Shown here one piece after another: positions 59,901-64,000 of a stretch of DNA of 64,000 nucleotides. The stretch is from a bacterium (GTDB lineage: Bacteria; Zhuqueibacterota; Zhuqueibacteria; Residuimicrobiales; Krinioviventaceae), in NCBI GenBank assembly GCA_963674595.2, contig CAXXFV010000003.1, positions 128,001-192,000 of the forward strand. Reading direction: 5' to 3'. Within the stretch, counting starts at the first letter, position 1; each line of letters begins with the position of its first letter. The notes below the pieces were generated by a model. That model ran no database searches. It was not told the origin of the DNA and worked only from the letters and a program-made list of their open reading frames with translations. The position numbers and the translations under genes are program-made.

Positions 59901-60054
59901 CGGTTCGGAGACATGGATGCCGTTGGCCCGGACTGTAATCGGCGGTCTGACAATGGCGACACTTTTAACACTGATTGTCATTCCGGTTCTCTACATAATT
60001 TTCGAAGAAATGAGTGGAAAAATTAAACGGAAATTTAAAAACCACAACAATTAA
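56962..60054 (+). CDS. AcrB/AcrD/AcrF family RND permease
   Basis: 1030 aa; IGMLVDNSIVVLENI, GIAVNNGIVLVD, RMRPVLMTALTT. Confidence 0.96.
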   Translation: MKLTKFSIKRNVTLMMVYLIVIGFGIFSLTQLKVEFTPDLEFPMIMVYTSYSGVSPEDMENLVTRPIEEGISSTENAEDITSQSSEGTSLVTLEFSWGTDMDQAEIDVRNNLDLIRDNLPDDASEPMVIALNPSMMPVMYLTLNSPNLGPAELRRLAEDDVEPLLERVEGVASVSTSGGLTRQINVKLDPVLLASYNLSPEDVATAIQTSAGLSPAGNIKTKTKQYNLRVYSEYRSIDQIENVVIKRVETGPVLVKNVAQVEDGFEELTADVRINSGQGVAILATKQSDANTVQTVKNIYNMLPKIEKSLPAGTEFNVIFDTAEFTQRSINNLSNTALFSLLLAIAVIYFFLRNWRGSLIMAVSMPISIIFTFGVLMVADLTLNIISMAGLALAIGMLVDNSIVVLENIFRYRDEGTDAITSADKGASEVGMAITASTLTTIAVFLPVLFVPGITGQLFKDMVLTITFSLAVSLLVALTLVPMMSSKLLKMRKQKESPQKMDKIFDQFFDKLTSGYQKVLHWSLYHKKIILVSVVVLFILSLFLMPFIGGEFMPSSDESSIQLTIEAAAGIPLTTLRQTTITCENIINNEIPEMQSALFQFGSQDSWSPDGTSGSTISATIKLVPVEERKRSQFEIQNALRIRLDDIPGITYSMQSSGGGPMASGENDIEIKIIGHDLDVAQSIAEKIKAKMQTIQGMVDVQINMKEKTPQLAVHLKQNVMNDYGLSSIQLASIVSTAMQGRTAAQYREEGDEYDIYVQLDKKFRNDREALGDLIIPVNNTSSVPLKQLGTIEETLSPQTIYRENQERYVTVGCNLFGKDLTSATAEVENILSEIAIPSEFTVLLGGNAEDQQESFFYLMLAFIIAVLLVYMVMASQFESLVDPFIIMFTVPLSIIGVLGFLFITNTSLSVMALVGVVMLVGIAVNNGIVLVDYINQLRERGKSLYEAAESGGVTRMRPVLMTALTTIFGMLPLALQFGSGSETWMPLARTVIGGLTMATLLTLIVIPVLYIIFEEMSGKIKRKFKNHNN

Positions 60055-60089
60055 ACACTTATTAAAAACAAGGAGTTGTTATTCTGTTG

Positions 60090-60129
60090 CAGGTTTTAAG
60101 GTTTGCGCTACCGTAAACCTTAGAACCTG
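60090..60129. repeat. Intergenic inverted repeat (REP-like or attenuator)
   Basis: caggttttaaggtttgcg-ctac-cgtaaaccttagaacctg. Confidence 0.5.
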
Positions 60130-60158
60130 TTCATGATTAATTGATAACGATTGATTTT

Positions 60159-61566
60159 ATGGATATAAAAAAAATTCATCTTTTAGAAAACGTACCGGTG
60201 CACAAAGCATTGATGACGCTGGCGACGCCGACAATTATCGGTATGATCGTCCAAATATTTTACAATCTTACTGATATATTTTTTGTAGGAAAACTCAATG
60301 ATCCCTACCAGGTAGCGGCTGTAGCCATTGCCAATCCTTTTTTTATGATGCTGCTGGCCACCAGTGGTATTTCTTGGGCATGGTGGTGCATCGTTTCTTT
60401 CACGACTGTTGGGACAAAAAGACTATAATCTTGCCAAACGAACAAATGCTACAGCATTCTATTCCTGCATTATTGTCAGCATAGCGGTAACAGGGGCCAG
60501 TCTTGCTTTCCTGCCGCAAATCATACAAATTTCCGGAGGCACAGAACAAACACATGGTTTTGCCGCATCTTATCTTCGTATAATTATTCTCGGCAGCAGT
60601 CTCATTATGCTCAACTTCACGGCCAGCCAACTCATTCGATCCGAGGGCGCAGCCAAAGAATCGATGATGGGCATGGTGATTGGAACCGGGCTAAACATTA
60701 TACTGGACCCCATTTTTATATTATGGCTCGATCAGGGCGTAGCCGGGGCAGCCATAGCTACTGTTATCGGCAACTGTGCCGGACTTGCATATTATATTTC
60801 CTATTATATAAGAGGCAAAAGCCTGGCATCCATTCACATCCGCTATTTTTCACTACAGCGGCGGATTTATAAAGAAATTATCTCGGTCGGAATGCCGGGT
60901 TCAATCAGTCAAATTATGATGAGCCTGTCACAGGCTTTGGCGCTCAAGATTGCCGGAACTTATGGAGATATTGCAGTAGCAGCCATCGGTATTGTAATGC
61001 GTGTTATCACAGTACCGTTTATGCTAAACATTGCAATTGCTATCGGCGCCCAGCCATTAATCGGCTACAATCATGGTGCAAATAATTATGAACGTTTAAA
61101 ATCTTCTGTTAAAATTTCAGGAACAGTTGCCACCAGTATTTCCATTTTATTTACAATATTGTTTTTTATGTTCCCGCGCATTTTTATAAGTATTTTTATT
61201 AATGATACGCGTGTAATCGACATGGGAATAACTGTTTTATATGCATTTGCTCTTTGTATTCCCACAGTCGGCATTCAAATGGTCTTTATGAGCGCCATGC
61301 AGGCCATGGGCAAAGGCTTACCAGCGCTAATTATTGCATTCTGCCGTCAGGGATTTATTTATCTACCGGCCATTTTCATTCTAAATGCTATATTCGGATT
61401 TTCCGGGTTTATTTTCGCACAGGCTGTGGCAGACGCGGTTTCTTTACTTTTATCGATTGCGTTCTTTACAAATGTGATTTCAAATTTTAAAAAACAGGCT
61501 GAATTAAGCGATGAAATAGATCAAATACAATTGAATCCTTCCCCGGTAGCAATTGAAATATTTTAA
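60159..61566 (+). pseudogene. MATE family efflux transporter (MepA-like) with a +1 frameshift near 60373
   Basis: LATPTIIGM..QIFYNLTD.FFVG in frame 1; GGASFLSRLLG, RSEG, LNIILDPIFI, QPLIGYNHGA in frame 2. Confidence 0.8.
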
Positions 61567-61639
61567 TTAAATCTTATTCTCAAATAAAAGTGGTTTGAAA
61601 AATTTAAAAAAATCAAAACCCGACTGGAAACAAGAGAAA

Positions 61640-61676
61640 AACACGCCGGCAGCATTTATAATGCCCGGCGTGTTTC
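61640..61676 (+). terminator. Hairpin after the MATE gene
   Basis: aaacacgccgg...ccggcgtgttt followed by T-rich sequence. Confidence 0.55.
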
Positions 61677-61930
61677 TGTTTTTAAAAAGTCAGTAAGAGT
61701 AAAAACTTTACCCTTATGAATCCGAGTATATAATTTCATTTTTAAGAACGTTAAAATTTTTATTGCTGAATTTTAATTTTATTTTATATTATATAGATTT
61801 TTCAAAATCCATGAATATAGCTTTCAATTGATAATTTTTAAAGTAACAAAAAACATATCAAACCCAGACGTGCTCTGTTTATGACATTAAAAAGCCGCAT
61901 GTAAAAGAACCTTCCTTTAAAAGAAAAAGT

Positions 61931-62737
61931 ATGATCAATGTTGAATACTATAAACCGAGTGATTCGGTCAAATGGCTCATAAAGCAATTTGAAATTATTA
62001 AAATCAGCAAAAATACCGTTTATACCGATAATTTTATCCCCCGCCCCGATGTAGCCCTGGTATTTCATTTTCAAAATATTCCTCAAATTATTAATTCTGA
62101 AAATATCTCTCTGCCGCCAATTTTTTTGGCCCCTGTCGTTTCAAAAACAAACCATTTATACATCAATGGTGAATTGGACAGTTTTATTGTTGTTTGTAAA
62201 GCTTCTGTTTTTTCAAGACTTTTCAAACTGGACTTGACGCCCGGCGCCAAAATGTTTTTTGATTTGACCTGTACAGATTTTTATAAAGTATGGGAAAATC
62301 TGCAAGATTGTCATTCAGACGCTGAAAAAACAGAGTATTTCAGTCGTTTTGTTCAGGAATGTGCTCCTGACGGATATTCTCCGGATAATATCGATATTCT
62401 TTATGATATTATTATTGCCGACCATTTTAACACATCAACAGCAAATTTCACCCAAAATTCAATTCGATCAGTGAGCAGTTTACAGCGTAATTTCAAAAAA
62501 CGAGTCGGCGTAAATATGAAAACATTAATGCGTGTTTCCAGGACCAGTTTTATTTTTGACAAAATGATCGAACAGAACACGTTCAACTATCAGGATTTAT
62601 TGTTTGAAGGTAACTATTACGATCAGGCCCATTTTATTAAAGACTTTAAAGAATTTACCGGTAAAACACCAAAACAATTTTTCCATAACAATTCTGATAT
62701 ATGCAAAATAATCTCAGGTAAACAGAAAATAAATTAA
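61931..62737 (+). CDS. AraC family regulator
   Basis: LQRNFKKRVG, YYDQAHFIKDFKEFTGKTP. Confidence 0.88.
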   Translation: MINVEYYKPSDSVKWLIKQFEIIKISKNTVYTDNFIPRPDVALVFHFQNIPQIINSENISLPPIFLAPVVSKTNHLYINGELDSFIVVCKASVFSRLFKLDLTPGAKMFFDLTCTDFYKVWENLQDCHSDAEKTEYFSRFVQECAPDGYSPDNIDILYDIIIADHFNTSTANFTQNSIRSVSSLQRNFKKRVGVNMKTLMRVSRTSFIFDKMIEQNTFNYQDLLFEGNYYDQAHFIKDFKEFTGKTPKQFFHNNSDICKIISGKQKIN

Positions 62738-62918
62738 ATATCACCATTTGTTGATAATTAAACCATTTTTAAAATCCCTCCTTTTCTACACTTTTAAAAA
62801 TCGAATAAATTTATCCCAAAATCTGAAAAATGCTTTTTTTTTACAATTATTCCAGAATTTAAATACGTAATTTTACCTCAAATATAAAATTATCAAGGAC
62901 CTTAACTTGGGTAAAAAT

Positions 62919-63566
62919 ATGAAAAAGATATTTTTAATCGGCCTGGCTTTAACAATAAGCCTTTCAGCATGTAACAAACCAAAACAAGCAGACAATCAAA
63001 AAGAAATACAAGCACTTACAAAAGAGATAAAAAAACTTTCGGAGCCAAAACCAACAGACAAAAAATATTTCGCAATCGAATCGGCCTATGTCAAATATAA
63101 AAATCTTGCTGCCGGACAGGAACTGACCAGAGAATGGTGGTTTGACCAATATGGTAAAAGACAGTACGAAGAAAACTATATGATTTTCATGGACCAAAAA
63201 ACAGGCGGCAAAACAATCATTCTCGAAGGCTATCAATATCAATGGGATTATGATTCAAAAGAAGGCACCAAAAGAAAATTTTATCAATCCGTAACCGATT
63301 ATGATAAAGTGTCCGAAAATGACATTAAACGCTATGGTATAACAAAACAGGGATATGAAAATATTTTGGGAAAATCCTGCCTCAAAGTTTCTATTGAAAA
63401 ACCGGCCAAATCAACAGTCTGGACATGGAACAACATTCCCATGAAAACCGAAGCAGTTTTTGCCGGCAACAAGGTCGTTATGGAAGCTGTTGAAATTAAG
63501 ACAGAAAACATTGATAAAACTCTTTTTAATTTACCTTCAGATGTGACTTTTTTGGAGGCCAATTAA
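62919..63566 (+). CDS. Hypothetical lipoprotein
   Basis: LSAC lipobox; GYENILGKSC, LFNLP (DUF4412-like pattern). Confidence 0.7.
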   Translation: MKKIFLIGLALTISLSACNKPKQADNQKEIQALTKEIKKLSEPKPTDKKYFAIESAYVKYKNLAAGQELTREWWFDQYGKRQYEENYMIFMDQKTGGKTIILEGYQYQWDYDSKEGTKRKFYQSVTDYDKVSENDIKRYGITKQGYENILGKSCLKVSIEKPAKSTVWTWNNIPMKTEAVFAGNKVVMEAVEIKTENIDKTLFNLPSDVTFLEAN

Positions 63567-64000
63567 ATGAGAAATCTTGTTTTTACGATATTTCTCATTC
63601 TCTACTATACAGGTTTAAATGGGCAGGTCATTCCGCATTCTATGGAGGAAATTCCGGTCCCGCCCTCATTCTCTCTGTCAGACCAGCCCTATCATGGCCG
63701 GACCATGTACCGGGAATATCTTGCTGATACGTTTACCAATAAAAACAAAACCGGAAAAGCATTTGCAAATTTTGTATTGATTTCCTGTAAAATCAATCAA
63801 TATCAGTCAACACAGGAAATTGAAACGCAATTTCAAGAATTTAAAAGATTTTATACAAAACTGCTAAATCCAAAAATCATTTCAAACTGGAGTCCGACAA
63901 GCATCGACGAGACCTGTGATCAGGACATCAGCATGTTAAAACCGGGAAATAGTTCAGAGGTTGTCGTATACAATGCTGACAGTAATATTCAGTGGTTTTA
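63567..64000 (+). CDS. Hypothetical exported protein (truncated by the window end)
   Basis: GGAGG then ATG 63567, MRNLVFTIFLILYYTGLNGQ...; open to the end of the window. Confidence 0.6.
   Translation, partial: MRNLVFTIFLILYYTGLNGQVIPHSMEEIPVPPSFSLSDQPYHGRTMYREYLADTFTNKNKTGKAFANFVLISCKINQYQSTQEIETQFQEFKRFYTKLLNPKIISNWSPTSIDETCDQDISMLKPGNSSEVVVYNADSNIQWF

Overview
AT-rich bacterial chromosomal window. Several secreted proteins end in the 'QNYPNPFNP' C-terminal domain, which suggests an FCB-related lineage such as KSB1/Calditrichota (inference). 1-4510 is the right end of a prophage-like element: YqaJ exonuclease, small HTH genes, a Cro/CI-like switch and a tyrosine integrase. It abuts only the 5' half of a tRNA (probably Gly-CCC) broken in the anticodon loop. 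5.3-26.7 kb is mostly backbone: DHH phosphoesterase, a HAD + FAM151/DUF2181-like fusion, miaA, mutL, a hexamer-less microcompartment cluster (3 BMC-P, aldehyde dehydrogenase, class II aldolase), radC, STAS protein, M14 and M61 peptidases, a GIY-YIG protein and a PPi-type pfk. The best candidate for an undescribed system is 26.8-32.9 kb. It contains an ECF-like sigma factor, a soluble HxxxCxxC protein, a membrane TPR anti-sigma-like protein, an unannotated 47-aa membrane peptide and an exported, membrane-anchored TPR-CHAT (caspase-like) protease. It also has a divergent G-tract-rich putative small RNA, and this RNA and the anti-sigma operon share a TTGAGA-N19-CACT promoter-like motif. After htpG and RNase HIII, an accessory region (39-64 kb) is punctuated by three copies of an 18-bp promoter-embedded repeat. 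It carries Bacteroidota-like AraC/CPBP/TonB genes, a GH92 fusion, a sulfatase and a TetR-TolC-MFP-RND-MATE efflux locus, with three single-base frameshifts. All calls are from motif recognition by eye; no searches were run.
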